From assembly GCF_001194135.2 (NCBI RefSeq), contig NC_068984.1, forward strand, positions 73,180,238 to 73,244,237: a DNA stretch of 64,000 bases. Direction: 5' to 3'. Every line of letters begins with the position of its first letter. The first letter of the stretch is position 1. Below the pieces are notes generated by a model, which had not been told where the DNA came from, searched no databases, and saw only the letters and a program-made list of their open reading frames with translations. Position numbers and translations under genes: made by a program. This DNA comes from Octopus bimaculoides (taxonomy: Eukaryota). This document shows, piece by piece, positions 53,190 through 64,000 of this stretch.

Positions 53190-53401
53190 TATTCTCTACA
53201 AAAAGCATAAGGTATGAAATTTTGGAAGATGGGGCCAGCTGATTAAATCGACACCACTGCTCAACTGATATTATTTCATCGAAACTACAAGGATGAAAAG
53301 CAAGCTCTATCTCGGCAGCATTTGAACACGGAACGTAAAGATGAGCGAAATGCCGCTAATTAGTTTGTCCATCGTGCTAACAAATCTGCCAACTGGCTAC
53401 C
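53190..53401 (-). mobile_element. tRNA-derived SINE
   Basis: Same family, reverse orientation, directly adjacent to the previous copy. Confidence 0.8.
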
Positions 53402-53714
53402 TTCTATAACAACTATGATAATAAAAACAAAATTGATGAATATGATGATGAAGATGATGATGATGATCAATATTTTTCTTTTTTTACCATGATAATCAAA
53501 TAAAACGGCAATGCTATATACAAATATTAATCAATAATACAGAAGGAAGGGTAAGTATATGTTGAGCATTGGATTTCTGCAGCGAAGTTATTTCTAGCTT
53601 GGCTTTGAATTATTTTGCTGTGATAGAGGAACCGTGAAGTTTAATGTCGGTTCTCACAAATGCAAAAGACAATCTGCTGTTTAAATCTCGTATGTAGTTT
53701 TAATAATAATAATA

Positions 53715-53936
53715 ATAATAGTTTCAAATTTTGCCACAAGGGCCGCCGTTTTAGGGGCAAGGATGTGTCGATTCGATTACATTGACCTCAGTATTTCACT
53801 GTTATTTAATTTATTGACCCCAGAAGGATGAAAGGCAAAGTCGACCTCGGTGGATTTTGAATTCAGAACGTAGCGACGGGCGAATAACGCTAAGCATTTA
53901 GCTCGGTGAGCTAACGATTCTGCCAGCTCGCCACCT
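53715..53936 (-). mobile_element. tRNA-derived SINE flanked by (AAT)n
   Basis: gaaggatgaaaggcaaagtcgacctcggtgg core; ctgccagctcgccacc head. Confidence 0.88.
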
Positions 53937-53958
53937 TATCATCATCATCATCATCATC

Positions 53959-54006
<48 letters not shown>

Positions 54007-54059
54007 TAATTGATTTCAAATTTTGGCACAAGGCCAGCAAGTTCAGGGAAACAGGTCAG

Positions 54060-54350
54060 TTCACCCTTACCATTTTTGCCACAGTTACCTCTCTTTTCAC
54101 AAATTCAGCGAGATGTAGCACTTCCCGCTCCACCCGCAGTTTCCTTTCCAAGTGGAGCTTAAAAAAGTTGATGAGGACTTGACCAAAGAGGAAAGTGCCT
54201 TTCCTCAATCCTTGCAGCCTCGATTACCCGCAACCTCTTTCGTCATAGCCTTTCGACTGAGGAACACCGTCTGCCCTACTTTGTTAAAGGTGGTTAGTGG
54301 GACCCTCCTTACGAAGAATTCAGCCGATAGAAGGACTCATCCCACATGTA
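54060..54350 (-). mobile_element. L1/Tx1 ORF2 C-terminal fragment
   Basis: RLQGLRKGTFLFGQVLINFFKLHLERKLRVEREVLHLAEFVKR, homologous to 14440-14580. Confidence 0.75.
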
Positions 54351-54550
54351 ATAACAACTGTTCAACATAATTCCAATGATAAAGGATTTTTTAAAAATAT
54401 AAGAAAAGTAGAGAATACTTAAAGGTCTACTCTAAATAGTTACTTATTCTGCAGAAAGAATAAAAGCATGATAAAACCATTGGAACAAAATCTAAACAAG
54501 TGAGAAGGAACCGGATAAACGGAACAAAGCAAAACTCCCTTTAGAATATT

Positions 54551-54763
54551 CTTTTCTACTCTAGGCATAAGGCCCGAAATTTTGGAGGAGAGGCCAGTCG
54601 ATTAGATCGATCTCAGTACGCAACTGGTACTTAATTTATCACCCGCGAAAGGATGCAATGCAAAGTCGACCTCGACAGAATTTGAACTCAGACCATAAAG
54701 ACAGACGAAATACCGTTAAGTATTTTGCCCGGCGTGCTAACGTTTCTGCCATCTTGCCGTCTT
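54551..54763 (-). mobile_element. Full-length tRNA-derived SINE with 17-bp TSD
   Basis: TSD actccctttagaatatt at 54534-54550 and 54764-54780. Confidence 0.93.
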
Positions 54764-54920
54764 ACTCCCTTTAGAATATTGTTTATATTAAGTTTTACCG
54801 AATATTATAAGAAAATAATTGTTAAAATTTCTAAAATAAAGAAAAATCAATTTTCTTTTCTTTTATAAATTTCTTTCATAAATTTCTTTGTCACTTTTAC
54901 ACTTTTCATCATCTATATTC

Positions 54921-54963
<43 letters not shown>

Positions 54964-55149
54964 CCTATTTCTCTCTCCTTCTCTTTCACTCTGATTAGCT
55001 TGGTGCTTCACTTTTTACCCGTCCTTCAGTTTTTCTTTACTAACGCTGCATTGTTGTATGAAAGATAACTTTTACCAGACATACATTTCCCTACAGTCTT
55101 TCCGGTACAGATTAGATACCTTAATCCTTCATCCACTCGCTTAATCGTC

Positions 55150-55400
55150 TGTGCGCCGCGGCCAAAGTAATTGGACGTATCCTGGCGGAGCTCATCCCTC
55201 TCTAGATGAAGACAATTTCTTCCAGAGTGTTATGTCTCAAGCTACTGCTATCTGGCACCATCGGACGATCTCTACTCAACCGCTACACAACTGCTACTCG
55301 ACTGCTACTCAACTGCTACTCAACACACCTACCACAGCCAGACTACCTCTATTTATATGTCTTGGGAGATCCTACTTCTTCGCCTGAGGGCGTTGACACA
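55150..55400 (+). mobile_element. Solo-LTR-like repeat (TGT...ACA, ~250 bp)
   Basis: Begins TGT and ends ACA, has internal 11-bp actgctactcN repeats and a tatttatat box, and has a second copy at 47.1 kb. No TSD seen. Confidence 0.4.
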
Positions 55401-56921
55401 ACACAGAGACACAAAGTAGAAAAGAAACGAGAATGATCAACCACGATACAGGACTGGTACCGGGAATGGGTAGCCTGAACAATTAACAAAGTGCAAGAAC
55501 GAATAGCTTGAATCGTATCTAGCGCATTAGTAACTGTACGAAATTGCCATCATATACTTGTCTCCCAAAGAGAATGAATCTAAAAAGATTTACTGATTTT
55601 AAATTTTGGCAGTTCGTAACCTGTTGAATGAGATGCGCTAAGTTGGGATAGAAACAGGTTATTTTTTCTTATATCTATCCATCTGGCGTTTTAATGAATA
55701 CAACTACTGGGCGAGTGAAGGTCAAATGTTATGTGGTAGTAACTGTGATGGTAACGTTCCACTTGCTGTGTAACTGCAGATCAGCTCTTCATCTAAGGGA
55801 TAGCTCATTCAATGTGTTCATGTTTACATTGTTCTGTATTGTTCCCTCTTTCCTTTTGTACTATACCTTGAACTAATTACTCAGTATGTCCACTTTGTGT
55901 TCAGATTGTAGGTTAATTTATCTGCTATTTCTTGCAAGTCGAGCGATCATGTAGACAATCCCATGTTGTTGCTGTTTTTGTTGTTGCTGTTGTTGTTTAG
56001 CGCTTCATCAAATCAGAACAAATATATGATCCTAAATGCTTCAGCCGTGATAAGCCCGATTATATTTTAGAAACTACATTGCTTATTGAATAAATCATGA
56101 CGTTAAGATGTGAGTCAAAGATGGCTCTGTTATTTCTAGCTGGTCAAACTTCTGCGAAGAGCTTCCTTCGCTGGCTATAGTCGCTGGAGAATAATTTGGT
56201 CATCACTAAATACCTGATTTTCTGAAATGATTGAAATACACTGGAATGATTTCCAGTCATCCCGCCTTGATTCACAAATGGAGCTGAAATAAAGGCTGAA
56301 TAGTTTTATTATCCTGCAACTGCTTACGAATGACAACAATCAGCAATATCATGATATATCTATTTAGGCTTACGGGAATTAGGTTTTCCAGAAATCGAAA
56401 AAAGTCAACAAATTGGAATAAATGATTTATCAGTGAGGAAGAAGAGAGAAGAAACAAATATTATTTTTCTTGATGGTAGCCACAACGCAAATATGTCGGG
56501 GAAACTCAACTCGTCAAGTTTTCGGATCTAAATTGCTTAGTTCCGTATTGATTCGATTATTTTATCTATCAAGCAACTTAGATAGTGTTACTGTATTAAC
56601 TGAATAATAAAACTTATTTTCAAAGAGACGATAACATCAGTGTTTTTTCAGATGTGGTGTCTCTTTCACTACATTAAGAAATCTATCCTTCCTACAGCAA
56701 ACGACTCTAAGTCGGCAAGATACTATTTAGAAAAGACGTGGGTGATGTTTCTAACATGACAAACAGTGTCATAGAAGGTTCATATATAGCTCAACAAAAT
56801 GAGTCGCTCATATGAACAAATTAGTGTGTGACTCAGAAATGAGCTAAATATTGGATTTCGACTGCTAACAGTACTGTCTGACGTTCATACCATATCAACT
56901 CACACGAAAATTTCGGTATTT

Positions 56922-57070
56922 GAAGGCGCGCGGCTTAGTGCTTAGGGTGTTGCATTCATGAACGTAGGATTGTGGTTTCGATTCCTGGACGGGACGATGC
57001 GTTGAGTTCTTGAGCAAAGTTCTTCATTTGAAGTTTCTCCAGTCCACTTAGCTGGCAAAAAAGTGTAGTC
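56922..57070 (+). mobile_element. CORE-type tRNA-derived SINE
   Basis: ggcgcgcggcttagtg A-box, gtttcgattcct B-box, and CORE-like gttcttgagcaaag...ctccagtccacttagctggcaaaaa. Confidence 0.75.
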
Positions 57071-57973
57071 TTGCGTCGTACCGGTGCTCCGTCCATTGGA
57101 AAGTATGTAAACACCTCAGAATATGGGATATCGGCTCGGGAAGGATCTTTAAAACGTTTAATATGTAGTGCAGTAAACAACTTTAATACCTGCATACTTT
57201 CTTCAACAACACTCATTTATCCATCAGTATCATCTTCAATGTGTCTAATCACTCAGATTCCAATCTAAACATTTGCCGCGGGTGCCAGTATGTAATTAAG
57301 TACCGATTGTTACTTAGACAAGGGTTAGTCTACCATTAACAAACAACCATACTAATCACATACCACACTCCACAAAATATAAGATCCACATGTCATACCT
57401 AACATTTTGGTAGGATATTTCAAAGTTGAGACATCATCTTTTACGCCTTCATATACACTATACAAAATTACTTCCAAGAATACTGATCAAATATAATTAA
57501 CTTCCTGTACAAGAACCAAATCTGATTGAAACCAAACGTAGTTTCCCAAACAATCATTAGGGATCCATTGCGTAATTTCGACCTAGATATACAAAAATAT
57601 GTGATGTTATAGTAGTAACTGTAATGACTTTGATCATTTGCCTACTCAATCAGTGCTGACCCAGGGTTAATAGCAACAATTACAACAAAAACTTCACTGA
57701 TAACAATATTCTTAAAAACAACGATTTGCGGAGTTTCAAACTGAACATCATCCGCATCAATTTCTTCTGTCATCGCGATCATGCCAGTCTCACGGTCAGA
57801 GAATCCCACTGTATCACTATTTTGTTTTTAAAACAAAGTGACAAACTTATGAGACTTAGTATCCAATTAAACATCAGATAATTGCTATATCGTAAAAGGA
57901 AAAAAAAATCAAGAGTGGTAATGATAGGGTAGAATATCAGCAGGATTGATTAATATAAATTAATAAGATTGCA

Positions 57974-58011
<38 letters not shown>

Positions 58012-58088
58012 ATAACAACAAAAAAATATTGGCAATAAATAAAAAGTATGTTTTTGCGTAAATATAAAGGGACAGATGTACATGTGTT

Positions 58089-58140
<52 letters not shown>

Positions 58141-58700
58141 TACATACATATATATATATACATATATGTATACATGTATACACACAGAAAGAGAGAGAGT
58201 GAGAGGGATATGAGGAAGTAAATATGTATGTATATATGTATATATGCATTTACGTAGGTAGATAGACTGGTTGGCAACTAGATACGAATATAGGAATGTG
58301 GGCAGACTACTGCTATGTAAAATCTAAGCTGTCTCTTTTGAGAGTAATTACATTGATTTGTTCGTTGTTCACAATATAGCCACCATTCTATATAGTTACA
58401 TAGCTACGTAGTTACGTATGTAATTTAAGGATTTTTGAACTGACATACAAAATGATGAATGTGCGAATAATTTCAGAACAGCTAAATATCGCAACTGGCT
58501 CACCACGAGACTTGTTGATGTTAACTCACACACACACTGACTAGACGGATATAATAATGATGTACCATTTTATGGCATTGTACATTGTCGTATTAAATTT
58601 TTCTTTTTTTTTCTTTCTTTTGGTGGCTAGATATTTTACCGTTAAATAGCCAGCCGAGGCAAAAATCGTTCAGTTGTCTGTAGGCACGTATATGCGTATG

Positions 58701-58734
<34 letters not shown>

Positions 58735-58871
58735 TGCATGCATGCATGCATGTATGTATGCATGTTTGTGTGCGTGTGTATGTATGTACGTACGTGTGTA
58801 TCTATGTACGTGTGTATGTATGTACGCATGTATGTATTATGCATGTATGTATCTACCTGTATATATAAATA

Positions 58872-58909
<38 letters not shown>

Positions 58910-59409
58910 NNNNNNNNNNNNNNNNNNNNNNNNNNNNNNNNNNNNNNNNNNNNNNNNNNNNNNNNNNNNNNNNNNNNNNNNNNNNNNNNNNNNNNNNNNN
59001 NNNNNNNNNNNNNNNNNNNNNNNNNNNNNNNNNNNNNNNNNNNNNNNNNNNNNNNNNNNNNNNNNNNNNNNNNNNNNNNNNNNNNNNNNNNNNNNNNNNN
59101 NNNNNNNNNNNNNNNNNNNNNNNNNNNNNNNNNNNNNNNNNNNNNNNNNNNNNNNNNNNNNNNNNNNNNNNNNNNNNNNNNNNNNNNNNNNNNNNNNNNN
59201 NNNNNNNNNNNNNNNNNNNNNNNNNNNNNNNNNNNNNNNNNNNNNNNNNNNNNNNNNNNNNNNNNNNNNNNNNNNNNNNNNNNNNNNNNNNNNNNNNNNN
59301 NNNNNNNNNNNNNNNNNNNNNNNNNNNNNNNNNNNNNNNNNNNNNNNNNNNNNNNNNNNNNNNNNNNNNNNNNNNNNNNNNNNNNNNNNNNNNNNNNNNN
59401 NNNNNNNNN

Positions 59410-59443
<34 letters not shown>

Positions 59444-59865
59444 GTACATATGCATATGAGGGGTTGTATGTGTGTAAAAATATATACCAGTATAAATACA
59501 TAGTAATATATGCGTATAGATGTGTGTCTGTACGTATATATTAAGAAGTGACGGAAGATTTTAAAAAATAGATTGATTGACCACGACGTTAATACGATAA
59601 TAAATGGATGTTATTAAAATCATAGACCTGGAGATATTGAATGTGACACAGTAACTCTATATTAAGCCGTCTATCATATCACAGATGTATTGTTTAGTCA
59701 ACGACATTCATCAATTGCTAATGAAGACAGGAGTGGATAGAGAATATGTTATGCATACATTAGTATATATACGTATTGCACACACACAACACAGAGAGAG
59801 AAAGACATACATACATATATATATGTGTGCGTGTGTTTGTGTGTGTGTGTGTGGGTGTGTATAGT

Positions 59866-59912
59866 GGAGGCGCGTGGCTTAGTGGTTAGGGTGTCAGCAT
59901 CATGGTCGCATA
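59866..59912 (+). mobile_element. SINE head truncated by mariner insertion
   Basis: ggaggcgcgtggcttagtggttagggtgtc matches the head at 56922 and stops at the TA where the mariner element begins. Confidence 0.65.
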
Positions 59913-59914
59913 TA

Positions 59915-60748
59915 CGAGGTCTGATCACTAAATATACGGACTGTTGCCATAGTAACAAACTAAGCATGCAGAATAAAGTCACTTGGCACAAATTGACACT
60001 GAAATTTGCTGTGCATGCGCACTAAGTTTTAACATTCTAGCTCACGTCCACTGTTTGCAGCAGTGCTTGGAAGGATTGTGTGTAGCGAGTAATCGACGCA
60101 TTGATCATGACGATACCAGCTAAGCGTTTTACGCAAAGTTGTAGAAATGTATGGAGACGAGTGTATGAGCCGCACACATGTGTACGAGTGGTTCAGACGT
60201 TTCCAAGATGGCCGCAAAAATATCGATATTGACGACATTTGACGACAGATGTGAGTGCAGCTGTGAGGAAATCGTCGAATCACCATCTGTAAGTTATCAG
60301 AGTATGTGCAGATTAGTTGCGGTTAAGTTCAGTCCATTATCACTGAAGATTTGGGTATGAGATGTATGTCTGCTAAGTTTGTGCCAAAACTGCTTTCAGC
60401 TACCCAAAAATCACTCGGTCTTCAATTGCAGAAGATCGCCTTGATTGTTTTGAGAACGATGAAAACTTTAAAACTTTGCGTAGGTCTCTAGGCAGGTATC
60501 GACAAGCTTTTGACACAGTTTGCTACAGATTCTCTGGTCAACTTTTTCTGTCATGATCAATACGATGACCACATGCTATACATCTTCCTTCCAAGCACTG
60601 ATCTAAACAACGAAAGTGAGCTAGAACGTTAAAACTTAGAGTGCATGCGCAACAAATTTCAAGGTCAATCTGTGCCAAGCGGCTTTACTCTCCGTGCTTT
60701 GGCTTCGTTACTATAGCAACAGTCCGGATACTTAATGATCATACTACG
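59915..60748 (+). mobile_element. Non-autonomous mariner derivative with long TIRs (sister of 24913-25729)
   Basis: TA-flanked, about 175-bp TIRs, transposase HTH remnant (YGDECMSRTHVYEWFRRFQDGRK; ITEDLGMRCMSAKFVPKLLS). Confidence 0.9.
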
Positions 60749-61714
60749 TATATACATACGTATGTGCTCAGACACAGATATATATNNNNNNNNNNNNNNN
60801 NNNNNNNNNNNNNNNNNNNNNNNNNNNNNNNNNNNNNNNNNNNNNNNNNNNNNNNNNNNNNNNNNNNNNNNNNNNNNNNNNNNNNNNNNNNNNNNNNNNN
60901 NNNNNNNNNNNNNNNNNNNNNNNNNNNNNNNNNNNNNNNNNNNNNNNNNNNNNNNNNNNNNNNNNNNNNNNNNNNNNNNNNNNNNNNNNNNNNNNNNNNN
61001 NNNNNNNNTATATATATATATATATACACATGCACACACACACACAGACACACACACAGACACACAGACACACACACTCATATATATGTATCTTTTGTCT
61101 ATTACTTTTTTCAGTCATGAGATTGTGGCTATGCTGGGGAACCGCCTAGAAGTGTCTTAGTCGAGTCAATCGACCTCAGAACTTACTTTTATTTTAAGCC
61201 TGATAGACATTGCGTCAGTTTCTCATGCCAAACTACAAAGTTACGGGACATAAATACACCAACATGGGCTGTCAAACACAGACATAAAGACACACCCACA
61301 CTCACACTCACACGCACGCACAGACATACACATAATACGTTTTATATAGATAGACAGATACCTACATCCATACATCCATACGTCCATCCATCTATCCATC
61401 CATCCATCCATACATACATACATGCATACATACATGCATACATACACACACAGATAAATATACGATGGTCTTCTTTCAGTTTGCGACTACCAGAATTTTT
61501 CTCCTTTATCGTTTTTTTTTTTTCTTTACAATTTTATGGAGGAGTCAAGAATATAGTTTAGTAATATCCCTCACTAATCTATTTCGTTGATTTCCTTTTC
61601 ATCAATATGAAACCCTTGTTTTGTGTATTAAATTTCGACTTCCAATAGTGTCCTCTGTGTCTTGCGCAGTTATCAATAGAAGAAATCACCATCGTCATCA
61701 CCACTCCACCACCA

Positions 61715-61738
61715 TTATTATTATTATTATTGTTGTTG

Positions 61739-61811
<73 letters not shown>

Positions 61812-62310
61812 GTGATGAAAACTCACAGCTTATTTTTATGAGTATGATTGAAAGTGTCACCTGTCCCCAGCCAGAAGAGTAAGGTGACACATGTTTACTC
61901 GCCATGCTTCAACAACCCTGCAACAAATTCTTGCAGTTCCAAACAAATGCTGATTTTGTAAGTGTTCTACCTTCACACTTGCACCAATGTTTTTTCAGCT
62001 ATGTTGGTAATGGAGGGCGGGTACTTCCAAGTGCACCAATTACTATTGGTATCACGTCTACTCTCTTTATTGACCACAACCTTCGTACTTCCCACTTCAA
62101 ATCGTCATAGTTATTTACTTCTTCTTCCTCTTTCACAATGATCCTGTTGTCACTGGGACATGCTATGTCGATTATCATATATGCTCTTTCTTATTTGTTC
62201 ACCACAACAATGTCCGGTTTCCGATGTCAGGTCAGGTGATCGCACTGAATCGCATCCCACAGGATTTTGCAATTCTCATTCTCGGTAACTCCTTCTTCGC
62301 TCGTTTATCA
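61715..62310 (-). mobile_element. REL-type LINE 3' end, third family, with (AAT)n tail
   Basis: ENENCKILWD..QCDH..HRKPDIVVVNK..IIDIACPSDNRIIVKEEEEVNNYDDLKWEVRRLWSIKRVDVIPIVIGALGS, then a UTR and (AAT)n at 61715-61810. Confidence 0.85.
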
Positions 62311-62312
62311 TC

Positions 62313-62358
<46 letters not shown>

Positions 62359-62380
62359 TCATTATCATTATTATTATTAT

Positions 62381-62605
62381 TAAGGCGGGGAGCTGGCAGA
62401 ATCGTTAGAACGGTGGACGAAATGCTTAGCGGTATTTTGTCTGCCACTACGTTTTGAGTTCAAATTCCGCCGAGGTCAACTTTGCCTTTCATCCTTTCGG
62501 GATCGATGAAATAAGTGTACCAGTTACACACTGGGGTTGACGTAATCGACTATACCCTTTCCCCCAAAAAATTTCTAGGCCTTGTGCCTAGAGTAGAAAT
62601 GATTA
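62381..62605 (+). mobile_element. Full-length tRNA-derived SINE
   Basis: ggcggggagctggcagaatcgttag head, gagttcaaattccgccgaggtcaactttgcctttcatcctttcggg core, ggccttgtgcctagagtagaaa tail. Confidence 0.92.
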
Positions 62606-63604
62606 CCATCATCATCATCATCATTATTATTATTAGTGATGTTGTTGTTATAATAATTATTATTACACAATAAGAAGAGCACGATCCGATGTATAGTAAT
62701 AGAGATCTATGTTGCTTTGGAGCTGAAGAGTACAACGACAGACAGTATGTCTATTTTTTTTAGGTTGAAAATAGAATAATAAAAAAGGTAGAAATACAGA
62801 AATTCAAAATTTGAGCCTTCTTTTTTGGACAAAACGACTTCATCACTTTTCGTTTTATCATAACTTTTCAACAAGGAAAAAGTAAAACAAAAAGAAAAGA
62901 AGAGTAAAGGAATCATGAAGGTGAACACTTAACCAAAATCTGTGGTTTTATTGTGATGAAATTGTCCAATCATTTTCTTCATTCATCCGGATGTTGACTT
63001 TAGTAAGTCACAAATATATTTATCCTCATGTGTTTTGAGGATTGAAAGCACCATGCGTCAAAATACATGAGGATAAATATCCTTGTGAATTATTAGCGTC
63101 ATGTCCTACTGAAATCTGCAAAATAGCAGAATTTCATCGCATATGACATAAACTTCTTCACTAATTGTCTCTTTTCTGTTTCACTTTTCTTCCTTCTGTG
63201 TTGTTTCTTTTTCCTTGTTACCAGTAAAAAGAACGCAAAAACTGATGAAGTTATTTTGACTTAAAAAAAAAAAACAACATATTTCAGTTCAAATTTTGAC
63301 TCCGTTTCTGTGTATTTTTCGTTTTTCATTTCGAACCTGAAAAAGACAGACATACTGTCGAAATATTGTTCAATTCAATAAAGAGTCAATCTCTATTTAT
63401 TACAAATTATATCGCACTCGTATTGTGCATTTACCTTCGTTAAGTGTTACGCCAGTTTTCATAAATTATTATTGTCATTATTTATTTATTGTTGTTGTTA
63501 TCATTTTATTATTATAAGAGTAGTTTTTCTTCAATCCCTGTGCGCTGAGGTTTCTCAATTACCATATATCTTTATATTTGCATAATTGTTTCTATTTATT
63601 TGAC

Positions 63605-63990
63605 AGATATTTGCCCATTGGAACTGATACTTTGATAAGGAAACAGATGCTTTCTTCGTTGCAACTGGCAACAATATCTGGTCGATGATCTTCATCTCGC
63701 TCTGATTGTGTAGATTTTGAGATTCCAGAGTATGGTTGATCTGTCATTCTCTGATATTTTTTCTCTCTTCTCTAAGTCAGTATTTCTGGCCAAATCAATC
63801 ATGTATGCTTATGCAATTTTCCTTGATCAACCAGTCTTCTGTTTTCAAGAATTTCATGAAGATTTACATGGTAATAACGGACTTTATGCTCAGCAGAGAA
63901 GTAATGATTTTTTTTTTCATCAGTCGCGTGTACACTCAGAGCATGTTTTACTTGCTTCATGAAGACTAAATACTTTCATTATCATGGGAG
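63605..63990 (-). mobile_element. Degenerate REL-type LINE fragment
   Basis: Minus-strand ...ISENDRSTILWNLKIYT...HRPDIVASCNEESICFLIKVSVP (REL endonuclease region). Confidence 0.7.
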
Positions 63991-64000
63991 TTTTATCGCC

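Overview
AT-rich, microsatellite-dense eukaryotic draft-assembly sequence with roughly 5 kb of N gaps. The repeat landscape (tRNA-derived SINEs, REL-endonuclease LINEs, L1/Tx1, Penelope-like and Tc1/mariner relics) is most consistent with a cephalopod, probably Octopus; this is my inference from recognised repeat families. There is no intact long host ORF, rRNA, true tRNA or CRISPR array, and most ORF-track entries are microsatellite or N-gap artefacts. The most interesting signal is structured RNA: two distinct families of minimal type-I hammerhead ribozyme motifs, both with a palindromic stem III (dimer-type, as known from Penelope-like elements). Family A sits in a short element of tRNA-like head + (AAT)n + hammerhead module. 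It occurs as a head-to-head inverted pair at 39.47-40.09 kb and as a third module fused to a LINE tail at 4.2-4.4 kb. Family B sits in both arms of a ~570-bp foldback at 33.1-33.7 kb. Also notable are a Penelope RT/GIY-YIG fragment bracketed by ~245-bp inverted repeats, a poly(A)-tailed ORF1-only (HAL1-like) retroelement, and a weak, phase-compatible chain of four plus-strand micro-exons (36.6-42.8 kb) that may belong to a host membrane-protein gene.
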